A stretch of 63,490 nucleotides of DNA, the filler included, from Candidatus Huberarchaeum crystalense (GTDB lineage: Archaea; Huberarchaeota; Huberarchaeia; Huberarchaeales; Huberarchaeaceae): assembly GCA_002790315.1 (NCBI GenBank). It is 5 parts of 5 records of this genome, joined end to end, with 100 filler letters (N's around TTAATTAATTAA, not from the genome) between each part and the next. Parts side by side here need not be neighbours in the genome. Positions count along the whole stretch, not along the records: positions 1 to 19,638 come from PFUW01000014.1; 4 more parts are not named here. The stretch is one strand, 5' to 3'. Below the pieces are notes generated by a model. It searched no databases, was not told the origin of the DNA, and saw nothing but the letters and a program-made list of their open reading frames with translations. The position numbers and the translations under genes were made by a program. Shown here in pieces: positions 1 through 9,377 of this stretch (position 1 is the first letter of the stretch; the number at the start of each line of letters is the position of its first letter).

Positions 1-88
1 TTATTTGCTGTGTTATAGCAGAACTAATCCCATTTCCTGCCATCAGGTCTTTCATAGGAGTATATAAACATACAGTTATATTAGCCAT
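1..88 (-). CDS. Partial CDS running off the window edge; possible GT4 glycosyltransferase N-terminus
   Basis: Hand translation MANITVCLYTPMKDLMAGNGISSAITQQI resembles the first beta-strand and G-I-x-S-A loop of GT-B enzymes; only 29 codons visible. Confidence 0.35.
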   Translation of the reverse strand, partial: MANITVCLYTPMKDLMAGNGISSAITQQI

Positions 89-215
89 AAATTATTTGGG
101 TAAAATTACAAAAAACCATCGGAGGACTATAGAGATTTTAAATAAGGAATTTCAAATAAAATATTGTTTATTTGTAAGCGCGCAAACTTTTAATTTGTTG
201 ACAGAAAAAATTTAA

Positions 216-289
216 GGGGTTGTAGTGTAATTTGGTTAGCATATCAGCTTCGGGAGCTGGTGATCTGAGTTCAAATCTCAGCAATCCCA
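216..289 (+). tRNA. tRNA-Pro(CGG)
   Basis: Acceptor GGGGTTG/CAATCCC, anticodon arm TCAGC-TT CGG GA-GCTGG, T-loop TTCAAAT; no intron, CCA not encoded. Confidence 0.95.
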
Positions 290-374
290 TTATTTCATAA
301 TGTCTTGCCTTTCTCGTATTTGTCATACTTTTCCGCTCAGAGCAGTTCGACATATTTTTTATTATTTGCCATTT

Positions 375-656
375 TTATTTCAGCTTTTTTGTTACTTGGT
401 TTTCAATATTATCAACATCTAAATATAATGCTTTAGCACAACTTTTAATCGCATCTACAGCATCTCCATCTTGCACTTCAACAAACACTTCAAGATTGTT
501 CAATAAAGGATTTTCCTCACGGTAAATTGCCTTAGCATTAAGATCTCTTAATTTGTCAACAAGCGCGCCCCATAGTGTAATGTCTTTATAATCAGTAATT
601 TTGATGTTTATGCTCGTTTTTGTTTTTTCAAGGATTTCTACTTTTGGTTTAACCAT
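375..656 (-). CDS. rpoL: DNA-directed RNA polymerase subunit L (Rpo11)
   Basis: 93 aa; D-I-T-L...L-V-D-K-L...A-I-Y-R-E-E-N-P-L pattern of RpoL/RPB11, divergent. Confidence 0.75.
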   Translation of the reverse strand: MVKPKVEILEKTKTSINIKITDYKDITLWGALVDKLRDLNAKAIYREENPLLNNLEVFVEVQDGDAVDAIKSCAKALYLDVDNIENQVTKKLK

Positions 657-692
657 AATATTATTTACATTGATTTGAAATAAAATTTTTTA

Positions 693-1991
693 TTAAACTA
701 TTTTTTGTTGAGATTCACCAATTTTATCAAATAATGACTTTTCATTTTTTGCTTTAATTATTGTTTTAAAAATATTCACAACGCGCGCCTCAAAAGCTGC
801 ATTTGTCTCGCCATCTTGCTTTTCTAAATTCAAGTTATTCATCAATGTTTTCAGAATTTCTAATTGATTAAATCCAAAATCAGCGCACATTTGTTGGTGG
901 ATTTCGGTTTTTGCTATCTCTTCAATCGCGCGCCTTTCAATTTCTTCAACACACTCACCGCTTTGTTGGTAATCTATTTTAATTATATCTGAATCTTCAA
1001 TTTTGTTGTTAATTAAGATGCAATAAGGTTCAAAACTTTCAAGTGCGCGCACATACTCTTTAATTTCAATCTGTTTCCCATTAGTTTTACCCTTTAAAGT
1101 CAAAATTACAATTTTATCTTTAAGATCTTTTGTTTGATTATTTATTTGTGCGTTAATATCAAGCTCTACTTTGGCTTTTATTTCGAACACACCCTTTAAT
1201 TTTATTTCGCAAACCTCAACCTGACTCGCAAACTTGCCCTTGTTTTCAGAAGTGCTAACAATTACATATGAACCACTTTCAAGTTTGCGAAGTTCATCAA
1301 TATTTGTAGGAAACAGCGGCCCAGGATAAACTACAACACCATATCCTCTACTATTAAAATCTACTATTTTTCTTATGTGAATATGGCTTGCTGCATAATA
1401 ATCAAATTTTTGTGGAAGTTGATTGAGAGTTATTCCTTCAATAAATGGAAATTCTTGGCCTAAAATTTCAGAGACCAAATTATGAAATACAAAAATCGCA
1501 TAGCTATTTGGATGTTCGATGGAGTTGCCGAATAAAAATTTGTCAAGACCGCGCCGTTTTCCTCCAATACCTATAATGTTTGCTTGCGTCTTCGCATCAT
1601 TAGTAAATATGCCTGAATTGTTTGTTTGTGTATTTATATTTTTAGTAGATTCTCCTAAATTTTTAGTTTTATCAACATTAACCACAATCTCTGCTTTTTC
1701 CAACAAATCAACAACTGACTCGCCAAGAACAGAGACATCATGCGACCCGCAAATTAAATAAATAGGAATTTTTGCATATTTCAACTTCATTAGCGCGTCA
1801 ATTGTGCGGCCAATCAAATCAAAACCCACAAAAGGCTTGTCAAACAAATCACCTGCGATGATAACAAAATCAACTTTTTGAGATGCAGCTTCTTCGCACA
1901 CTTTTTCCAATGATGCAATTCCTAACTCCTGTAATTTAGGCACAGAATCCCAAGATCCAATGTGTGAATCAGCAAAATGAATAAATCTCAT
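693..1991 (-). CDS. mre11: Mre11/SbcD-family DNA repair nuclease
   Basis: Metallophosphoesterase motifs ADSHIG, AGDLFD, GSHD, FH, SHIH, YPG. Confidence 0.9.
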   Translation of the reverse strand: MRFIHFADSHIGSWDSVPKLQELGIASLEKVCEEAASQKVDFVIIAGDLFDKPFVGFDLIGRTIDALMKLKYAKIPIYLICGSHDVSVLGESVVDLLEKAEIVVNVDKTKNLGESTKNINTQTNNSGIFTNDAKTQANIIGIGGKRRGLDKFLFGNSIEHPNSYAIFVFHNLVSEILGQEFPFIEGITLNQLPQKFDYYAASHIHIRKIVDFNSRGYGVVVYPGPLFPTNIDELRKLESGSYVIVSTSENKGKFASQVEVCEIKLKGVFEIKAKVELDINAQINNQTKDLKDKIVILTLKGKTNGKQIEIKEYVRALESFEPYCILINNKIEDSDIIKIDYQQSGECVEEIERRAIEEIAKTEIHQQMCADFGFNQLEILKTLMNNLNLEKQDGETNAAFEARVVNIFKTIIKAKNEKSLFDKIGESQQKIV

Positions 1992-2231
1992 ATAATTTTT
2001 GCTTGTTGTTGCTAAAAAGAATAAAAATTAAATAGAGAGGACTTGTTTTTGTACAGCATTTAATTTTTTAATAATCTAATTATTTTTCTCATTTGTAGGA
2101 GGAATCTTAATTTTTATTTTAATTTAGTTTAAAAACCACTTATATTTTGCAGTTTTTCAGAATTAGTAAGACATCTTCATTTTAAAAAAGTGCTAAAAAG
2201 CTTATAATTTACGAATGGCGCGCACGCTGCT

Positions 2232-2708
2232 TTACTTTTGCACACCACGATTTAAAATTTTCGTCACAATAAATGATTTATATTTGCTTATTTTTCTGCA
2301 TTCTTGAATTTCAACAGTGTCGCCGCTTGCTGCGTTAATTTCTTTTGGGTTGTGGGCTTTTATTTTATGGGTTCTTGTGTACTGCAAATGATATTTTGGA
2401 TAGATGTCTTTTGTTTGAGTTTTTACAACAACAGTTTGATTCATTTTGTCGCTAACAACCAAGCCAATTAACTTAATTCCGCGAGGAATTACATTTTTTC
2501 TTTTGACAATAAAGTTTAGGCTGATTTTTTCAGATTTTTGATCCTTAATTTTACTTATTTGTGTTGTTTGTTGCTTTGCTTTTTCTTGCTGTTTTTGAAT
2601 AATTTGTGCTTTTATTTCCCTGAATTTTTCTGGTTTTTCTGGTTTTTCACTAGATTTAGCCCCTTTGCTAGATAGTACATCTGTTTGTTGAGTTTGTTTT
2701 GTAACCAT
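2232..2708 (-). CDS. rps17: 30S ribosomal protein uS17 with long Lys/Gln-rich N-terminal extension
   Basis: GLVVSDKMNQTVVV, KIKAHNP, GDTVEIQECRKISKYKSF. Confidence 0.95.
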   Translation of the reverse strand: MVTKQTQQTDVLSSKGAKSSEKPEKPEKFREIKAQIIQKQQEKAKQQTTQISKIKDQKSEKISLNFIVKRKNVIPRGIKLIGLVVSDKMNQTVVVKTQTKDIYPKYHLQYTRTHKIKAHNPKEINAASGDTVEIQECRKISKYKSFIVTKILNRGVQK

Positions 2709-2773
2709 AATATTTTAATGAAAGTTTGATTAAATTTGTTAGAGTATTTGTTGTTATATAAATACAATAATTT

Positions 2774-3304
2774 ATGAAGACTGTTTTAATTATAATAGCA
2801 CAACGCGGATTTCAAGATTATGAGTATTCTGAAACTCGAAATAAGTTAGAATCTGCTGATGTTAAGATTGTTGTGGCAAGTGTAAGTAAAGGAATTTGCT
2901 ATGGAACTTTTGGCTCAACAGTCAAACCAAATCTATCTCTCGATGAAGTAAATATCTCTGATTTTAACGCGATTGTTTTTATTGGAGGAGAAGGTATGTC
3001 TGCTGTTAGGCAATCATCTGATGCAACGAGAATTGTATCTGAAGCACACAAATCAGGCAAAGTTATAGGGGCAATTTGCTGGGCTCCAACGATTTTGGCA
3101 AAATCAGGCATTTTACAAGGAAAAAAGGCGACTGTTTGGCTTGGTTATGATGATGAGTTTAAACTAACAACCGACAAATATTTAGAGCAAAGGGGCGCGC
3201 ACTTCACAGGCGAATCAATAACAGTTGATGGAAAAATTATTACTGCAAACGGACCAGCAGCTGCTAAGATGTTTGGAGATATGTTGAGCAAATTATTAGA
3301 TTAA
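2774..3304 (+). CDS. DJ-1/PfpI family protein
   Basis: FQDYEY, AIVFIGG, GAICWAP (nucleophile Cys), DGKIITANGP. Confidence 0.93.
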   Translation: MKTVLIIIAQRGFQDYEYSETRNKLESADVKIVVASVSKGICYGTFGSTVKPNLSLDEVNISDFNAIVFIGGEGMSAVRQSSDATRIVSEAHKSGKVIGAICWAPTILAKSGILQGKKATVWLGYDDEFKLTTDKYLEQRGAHFTGESITVDGKIITANGPAAAKMFGDMLSKLLD

Positions 3305-3361
3305 AGTATGATTGTGTTTGCGCGCACTTATATTTACAAATTTCAATAAAAAAATAAAAAT

Positions 3362-3457
3362 AAACACAAATAAAGGAAAAGCATTTAACAAACACAAATA
3401 AAGGAAAAGCATTTAACAAACACAAATAAAGGAAAAGCATTTAACAAACACAAATAA
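3362..3457. repeat. Tandem repeat, 28-bp unit AAACACAAATAAAGGAAAAGCATTTAAC, 3.4 copies, running into an N-gap
   Basis: Exact copies start at 3362, 3390, 3418, 3446. Confidence 0.95.
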
Positions 3458-3565
3458 NNNNNNNNNNAATTATCGTTAGGGTGTGAACAACTTATTGGGC
3501 TTTTCCTTTTTGCCACTGACAATTACTGCCTCGCGCCATTTAATATAAAACCCTTTGAAATAAGG

Positions 3566-4129
3566 ATGATCGAAACAGCGCTGAATATCAAAACAATAAA
3601 GGCAAAAATATACAATTCTTCATTTTTAGGACTTTTTTGTGCTGGAAATTCAAAAAAACTGCTTATAAGCGACGTAATTACTGCTGATGAGCTTCAAGAC
3701 CTAAAAAACCAACTAAAAACCATAGAAATAGGTCTATTTAAATCAAAAAACAACATAATAGGCAATTTAGTAATTGTGAATGATAATGGACTTGTTATTG
3801 ACAGTTCTTTGGAAAAAGCAGAAATACAAACTATTGAAAAATTTTTTGAAATGACTGCGCTTGTCTTATTTCCAAAAAAAGATATTTTGTTGGGTTCTGA
3901 AATTGTTGCTACAAATAAAGTTTGCTTTGTTTCGCGCAATTTTAACAAAGATGAGCGCGCCAGAATTGAAAAACATCTTAAAGTTCCTGTTTTTGAGGTT
4001 TCTGTGAATTTTGGACAAACAGCGTTGCATTCAGGAATAGTGGCAAATTCAAGTGGATTGGTTGTAGGTAATCAGACGAGCGCGCCAGAATTGACAACTT
4101 TATATCAAATTGAGCAAAACTATAAATAA
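3566..4129 (+). CDS. eif6: Translation initiation factor 6 (aIF6)
   Basis: FLGLF, IIGNLVIVNDNG, IVATNK, IVANSSGLVVGNQTSAPEL pentein repeats. Confidence 0.85.
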   Translation: MIETALNIKTIKAKIYNSSFLGLFCAGNSKKLLISDVITADELQDLKNQLKTIEIGLFKSKNNIIGNLVIVNDNGLVIDSSLEKAEIQTIEKFFEMTALVLFPKKDILLGSEIVATNKVCFVSRNFNKDERARIEKHLKVPVFEVSVNFGQTALHSGIVANSSGLVVGNQTSAPELTTLYQIEQNYK

Positions 4130-4135
4130 AACAAT

Positions 4136-4366
4136 ATGGTAGATATAAAAGAGATTATTGTTACTGCAGGAATTGTGACAGCAGTGTATTTGATTATAGA
4201 GATAATTGTCTTCCACCTTGGATTTTTGCCTAGTTCTGTGTTTGGCACAACAACCTACACATTTAGCATAGAAATTAAAGCAGTGTTGGGATTTATAGTT
4301 AGTGGAATAATTTTTCTTATAGTGTTTTTAATATTTCAGGCAATAAAAAATAGAAAAAATAATTAA
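4136..4366 (+). CDS. Small membrane protein (2 TM), unknown function
   Basis: Two hydrophobic stretches; 6 nt downstream of aIF6. Confidence 0.65.
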   Translation: MVDIKEIIVTAGIVTAVYLIIEIIVFHLGFLPSSVFGTTTYTFSIEIKAVLGFIVSGIIFLIVFLIFQAIKNRKNN

Positions 4367-5123
4367 ATGTTGTTTTTTAAATATTAGTAGCGAAAGTATC
4401 AAGCACATTTTGTATATATACAATATCTATGATATAACTTTGTATAATTGGATCTTTTATTATCTTTTTAACTTCTTTTTTTATTTCTAAATTTCTAATA
4501 TATTGTCTTCGTTCTTTAACAATTCCATTTTCTTAATATATATTTAACTTACTTAACTCACTTGACTTATCTAACATATCTAACTCATATTTTTTCTGTT
4601 TCTAGATATAATATCTTAATGACATCCCTTCTTTTAGTTTATTAGTATATTTCATATATTCCTCCAATTCTTTTTTTTTGCTCACTATTATATTCTATAT
4701 ATCCCCCCGAAGTTTTTTTAAAAAACGTCTCTAATCTTCCCTATGTATTTTTAGAAAAATAATATTTATAATCTTTTCTCTTTTTTTACCAAAACGCGAA
4801 GAATAAATCATATCAATTTTAATTTTAGCAATAATTTCAAAAAAACCCAGAAAAGAATAGCGAGATATATCAAGTATGCTTAATTCCGCTTTTTTTATAT
4901 CTATCATAATTAAAACAAATATTATTATTACCTATAATATTATTATGTTGGAGTATTTAAAAACCCACAAAAATAATAAAAAAACAAACACTAAGAAGTA
5001 TATTTCAAATTTTAAAAATGCGCGTTTTCTACACTTTTGTAGGTAAAAATCCAAGAAAACCCTNNNNNNNNNAAACTCTACAAAACATATTATATGCGGA
5101 TGTAAATATACCCTGGGAGGAAG

Positions 5124-5136
5124 GGCTTTATATCTA
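5124..5136 (+). promoter_or_regulatory. Putative TATA box of the 16S rRNA transcript
   Basis: GGCTTTATATCTA about 55 nt upstream of the 16S 5' end, preceded by a purine-rich BRE-like stretch. Confidence 0.5.
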
Positions 5137-5183
5137 AGTGCAATTATTGTATGCGAAAGAAGAAAGAAGTCGCCAATTTCATA

Positions 5184-6644
5184 TATCTGGTTGATCCTGC
5201 CAGAGAGTGCTACTATCAGTGTTTGATAAGCCATGCTAGTTGAGAGGTGTAAGACCTCGGCGCACCGCTGAGTAACACGTGAAGAATTCGCCCTGAAATG
5301 CAAGATAAGCTCGCGAAAGTGAGAATAATATTGCATAGAAGATATTATTGAGATATGTATCTTTAAAAGATTTATCGTTTCAGGAGAACTTTGCGTCTTA
5401 TCAGCCTGTTGGTGGGGTAATGGCCCACCAAAGCTACGACAAGTACGGGAGGTGAAAGCCTTAGCCCGCAGCTGGTTACTGAAACATGGAACTAGGTCCT
5501 AAGGGATGCAGCAGGCGCGAAATTTCTGCAATGCGCGAAAGCGCGACAGAGAAACGCTGAGTGTTTTAGGCATTTTTGTTTAAAGCTTTTACTGAATTTA
5601 AAAAGTTCAGAGAATAAGGAGTGGGCAAGACGAGTGGCAGCCGCCACGGTAATACTCGCTCTTCAAGTGGTACTCACGATTATTTGGTTTAAAGAGTCTG
5701 TAGCTGGTTTGGTAAGTTTGCACAAAAAACTCAGAACTTAATTTTGAGACTGCGCAAAAACCGCCAAACTTGAGAATGAGGGGAGTTATCTTTGGTCCCA
5801 GAGTAGCGATCAAATGTGTTGATACTGGGAGAAAAAGCAATAGCGAAGGCAGATAACTAATTCATATCTGACAGTGAGAGTCGAAGGCTAAGGTAGCAAA
5901 GTGGATTAGATACCCATGTAGTCTTAGCAGTAAAGGATGCAATTTAGGTGGATGATTAGCTTTGTGCTAATTATCTGCGTTACAGCGAAAGCGTTAAAAT
6001 TGCCACCTGGGGAGTACGGCCGCAAGGCTGAAACTTAAAGGAATTGGCGGGGGAATACTACAAGGGGCGCGACCCGCGGTTCAATTGAATAATACACCGG
6101 AAAACTCACCTAGATTGACAGCAGAATGATGGTCAACCTAAAGGGATTACCTAACACGCTGAAAGGTATTGCATGGCCGTCGTCAGTTCGTGCCGTGAGG
6201 CGTTTTATTAAGTTAAATAACGAACAAGACCTGAGCTTACACTTACTATCTCTAAAAGAAGTACTGTGTAAGGACCGCTAGCGCTAAGCTAGAGGAAGGT
6301 TCAGGCAACGATAGGTCTGTATGGTCCGAATGTCTAGGGCTACACGCAGGTAACATTGATAAAAACAACGAGTTGCAACGCCGAAAGGTGAAGCCAATCT
6401 CTAAATTTTATCTTAGTTTAGATCGAGGATTGTAACCCATCCTCGTGACACCGGAGTCCCCAGTAATCGCGCGTTATCATCGCGCGGTGAATATGTCCCT
6501 TTTCCTTGCACACACCGCCTATCAAACCAATCAAGTATGGTCGGAATGCAAAATTATCTTTGGTAGTTTTAAGTTCTGGCTATGTGAGAAGGGTTAAGTT
6601 ATAACAAGGTATCCGTAGGTGAACCTGCGGATCGATCACCTCCT
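5184..6644 (+). rRNA. rrs: 16S rRNA (archaeal, divergent, not followed by 23S)
   Basis: 5' TCTGGTTGATCCTGCCAG, GGATTAGATACCC, AAACTTAAAGGAATTGGCGGGG, GCATGGCCGTCGTCAG, 3' GATCACCTCCT; ends approximate. Confidence 0.98.
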
Positions 6645-6762
6645 TAAAATCTTCTTTTGCATACAAATCAACAAAAATCAATCAAAATATAATTTTATAA
6701 TTTTTTATGTTTTGCTGTAAATTCTCTAATTTTATATAACTACAATAATTGCCTTTTTTAGG

Positions 6763-6858
6763 TTTTGCTGTAGATTTTCTAACGCATACTCAAATAATCA
6801 CTAATCTTATATTTTGCTGTAGATTTTCTAACGCATACTCAAATAATCACTAATCTTA
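6763..6858. repeat. Direct repeat, 49-bp period, 2 copies, ending at an N-gap; partial copies near 6709 and 6869
   Basis: TTTTGCTGTAGATTTTCTAACGCATACTCAAATAATCACTAATCTTA at 6763 and 6812. Confidence 0.9.
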
Positions 6859-6993
6859 NNNNNNNNNNGTAAATTCTCTAATATGCTTAAACAATTATCT
6901 TATTGCAGCCACAACACACTTTTGCCTTTTTCCAAACTTTTATTTGCGCGCAACACATTTTTGCTTCTTTTTTCAAAACACCCAAAAAATTAT

Positions 6994-7065
6994 GGGCTGG
7001 TAGCACAACGGTAGCGCGTCTGCTTTGCAGGCAGGAGGTTGTGGGTTCAAATCCCACCCAGTCCA
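6994..7065 (+). tRNA. tRNA-Ala(TGC)
   Basis: GGGCTGG/CCAGTCC acceptor with G3:U70, anticodon loop TT TGC AG, T-loop TTCAAAT. Confidence 0.96.
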
Positions 7066-7134
7066 TAAAATAGAAAACAAACAAAATTTGCACACACCAC
7101 CTGCTCTCTTTATAGATTTTACTTAAAAACTTAC

Positions 7135-7563
7135 TTACAAACCATCTTCACTAATTTTTTTGTGTTTATGCGTCAAAAGATATATATCTATTATTACAAA
7201 CACTAAAACAACACAAACAACATATGTCTTGCTCGCAATCTCCACAGAATAAAATACAAAAACACTAAACAAAATCCAAAAAATTGTGAAAATTCCAATG
7301 TTTTTAAGGTTTCGCTTTTTTAATTCCTGCCAAATTCCCATCCCAGACATTCCAAGAAGTATTGCTAACAATTCAAATGGAGGGGTGAAAACATCAAAAA
7401 CCCAAGCAAGTAGCAAGATTCCCCACATAGCCACACACGCATAGCAAAAACCGCAATAAAAAACATTAAATCTTGCTTTAATCGGCTGACGTAAGATTGC
7501 GAAAATTATAAATAGCAAAACAAAAAACAGCGCAAATATTAAGAAAAATAGGGAATTAAGCAT
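7135..7563 (-). CDS. Membrane protein with CxxC (CGFC); paralogue of the C-terminal domain of the upstream gene
   Basis: 4-5 TM segments; shares RQ.I, CxxC, LLGM..G.W.ELKK and GIFTIFWI with 7565-9325. Confidence 0.8.
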   Translation of the reverse strand: MLNSLFFLIFALFFVLLFIIFAILRQPIKARFNVFYCGFCYACVAMWGILLLAWVFDVFTPPFELLAILLGMSGMGIWQELKKRNLKNIGIFTIFWILFSVFVFYSVEIASKTYVVCVVLVFVIIDIYLLTHKHKKISEDGL

Positions 7564-7564
7564 T

Positions 7565-9325
7565 TTAATCGCAACAATGATCTAACAAATTCCCTATTTT
7601 TGTTTTTGAAGATTTATTATCTATCTTATTTTTTTCTTTTTTAAGATCTGTTTTTTTCAAAATATTTTTATTTTCAAGGTTTTCTTTTTTTAGTGCGCGC
7701 GCTTCTTGATCTTTAAATTGAACAATTCCTATCCCGGCAAAAACCACAATTATTAAAAGCACATAAGCCAAACTTATTTTAGCAAAAAGCGCATAACTAA
7801 GTGCAACAATTACAAAAATCCAAAAAATTGTAAAAATACCAAAAAATCTGAAATTCAATTTCTTTAACTCATACCAAACTCCAGTGCAAAGCATTCCAAG
7901 CAAGCCAGCTAACAAAACAGAAGAAATCTCTACTCCTAACAAAAACAAAACAGATAAAACAAGAATAATAATAATCAAAGCAAAACAGAGCGCGCATACC
8001 TTTATATATTTTGTAATTGTTTGTCGAGTCAAAACCACAACTACAAAAGCCACAACCAAAAAAAGCGCAATTAGAAAATACATTTCTTGAACACTGATTT
8101 CTCCAAAGAAGGACATAAAAGATATAGGTACAAAAATTGTTTGCTTATATGATATTATATTAATTACATCATTTGTTAAAAATACAGCCAAACCTAAAAT
8201 TACACAGCCTGCAAAATAATGGAACCACCACGAAAATCCACTCTTTGCTGTTGTTAATTTTTCAAGGGTTGTTTTTCCTAACAAAAACAACAACAAAATC
8301 GCGAGCAATGGAAGCACAAAAATAAAATTATACACTACCAAATACAAGAGACCTTGATGCATATCGCTACTACTCAATTTTGCTAAAATTCCTAAATAAA
8401 TTTGGCCTGTACAAGGAAGTTCAAATAAAGAAACAAGACAACCTAAAACAACAGTTGTAAATAATGTTCCTTTTTTCATCCATTTTTGCAAAAGAGGTTT
8501 AAATTTATCTGAAATTACAGACATTGGCTTCCCTTTTTTTGTAAGAATAACAAACACATCTTTAAATTCTAAAATAGCGGCAATAATAAGAATAAAAATT
8601 ACTGCTACCCTGAATAAAACTAAATAAGATGAATCAAGGCCGCGCAATAATTGCAAAAGTCCAAGTCCTGCTGCTAAATAAGCCATATAGATTGAAGATA
8701 TGTAAATTAAGCCATATATTAATATTTTTCTGGTTGAAAATGTTTTTGATACAGCCAAAAATCCTAAAAAAATCAGCAAAACACCAATAGCACAAGGATT
8801 TATTGAGTCAAATGCAGATGCAAAAATTACAGTTGCCCATGTTAAAGTTTGATCTAAAGTGTGGTTATAAGAGAAATTGCATTGCTTTTGATAAGTCAAT
8901 GGATTAATATTTTCTTGCAAAGCACCAATCAAAATATATTTTAAATTTTTATTAATTTCTTTGTTACCGACTAACACATTTTTTCCTGCAAAAATAACAG
9001 GCACTATTATTTGATCCTCAGAAATACAATAACGTTTTGCAAAATCATAAAGCAAGTCCAAATTGCTTTGATTATAATAAATATCTAATTCATGCAAAGA
9101 AACTCCACAAGTTGAGCAAATTTCTTGCACAATCGGCTTTACTGCTACACAATGCGAACATCCGAGTTTTGTAAAGAAGTAAATATTAATTATTGTTTGC
9201 GATGAATTTATCGAATTATTAATGTTGCTATCTTCTATTGAAGTATATGCATTGGTTGGTTGCGATACCAACAGCGCCAGTAAAAAAAAGAGCGCGCAAA
9301 TAATTACTATTAATTTAGATGTCAT
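7565..9325 (-). CDS. Thioredoxin/glutaredoxin domain + CcdA/DsbD-like transmembrane domain + extra CxxC membrane domain
   Basis: Signal peptide; CSHC and IVPVIF (thioredoxin fold); DSINPCA and ELPCTG (CcdA cysteines); CALC; C-terminal HCCD. Confidence 0.85.
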   Translation of the reverse strand: MTSKLIVIICALFFLLALLVSQPTNAYTSIEDSNINNSINSSQTIINIYFFTKLGCSHCVAVKPIVQEICSTCGVSLHELDIYYNQSNLDLLYDFAKRYCISEDQIIVPVIFAGKNVLVGNKEINKNLKYILIGALQENINPLTYQKQCNFSYNHTLDQTLTWATVIFASAFDSINPCAIGVLLIFLGFLAVSKTFSTRKILIYGLIYISSIYMAYLAAGLGLLQLLRGLDSSYLVLFRVAVIFILIIAAILEFKDVFVILTKKGKPMSVISDKFKPLLQKWMKKGTLFTTVVLGCLVSLFELPCTGQIYLGILAKLSSSDMHQGLLYLVVYNFIFVLPLLAILLLFLLGKTTLEKLTTAKSGFSWWFHYFAGCVILGLAVFLTNDVINIISYKQTIFVPISFMSFFGEISVQEMYFLIALFLVVAFVVVVLTRQTITKYIKVCALCFALIIIILVLSVLFLLGVEISSVLLAGLLGMLCTGVWYELKKLNFRFFGIFTIFWIFVIVALSYALFAKISLAYVLLIIVVFAGIGIVQFKDQEARALKKENLENKNILKKTDLKKEKNKIDNKSSKTKIGNLLDHCCD

Positions 9326-9377
9326 AATTTTTTAATTAAATTTTAATATTGTTAGAAACAACATACCTCTAACTAAT

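Noticed and set aside
168-353. ORFs overlapping tRNAs (168-353, 6887-7093, 27676-27999)
   Set aside because: Shadows of tRNA genes with no protein features.
3362-3457. 28-bp repeats as a CRISPR array
   Set aside because: Head-to-tail copies with no spacers and no cas genes; the same holds for the repeats at 6763, 27850, 30202, 33548 and 51758.
4370-4750. Stop-codon reassignment suggested by in-frame TAA/TAG
   Set aside because: Conserved genes in the window end normally at TAA, TAG or TGA and have no internal stops.
4932-5840. ORFs 4932-5336 and 5607-5840
   Set aside because: Antisense to the 16S rRNA gene.
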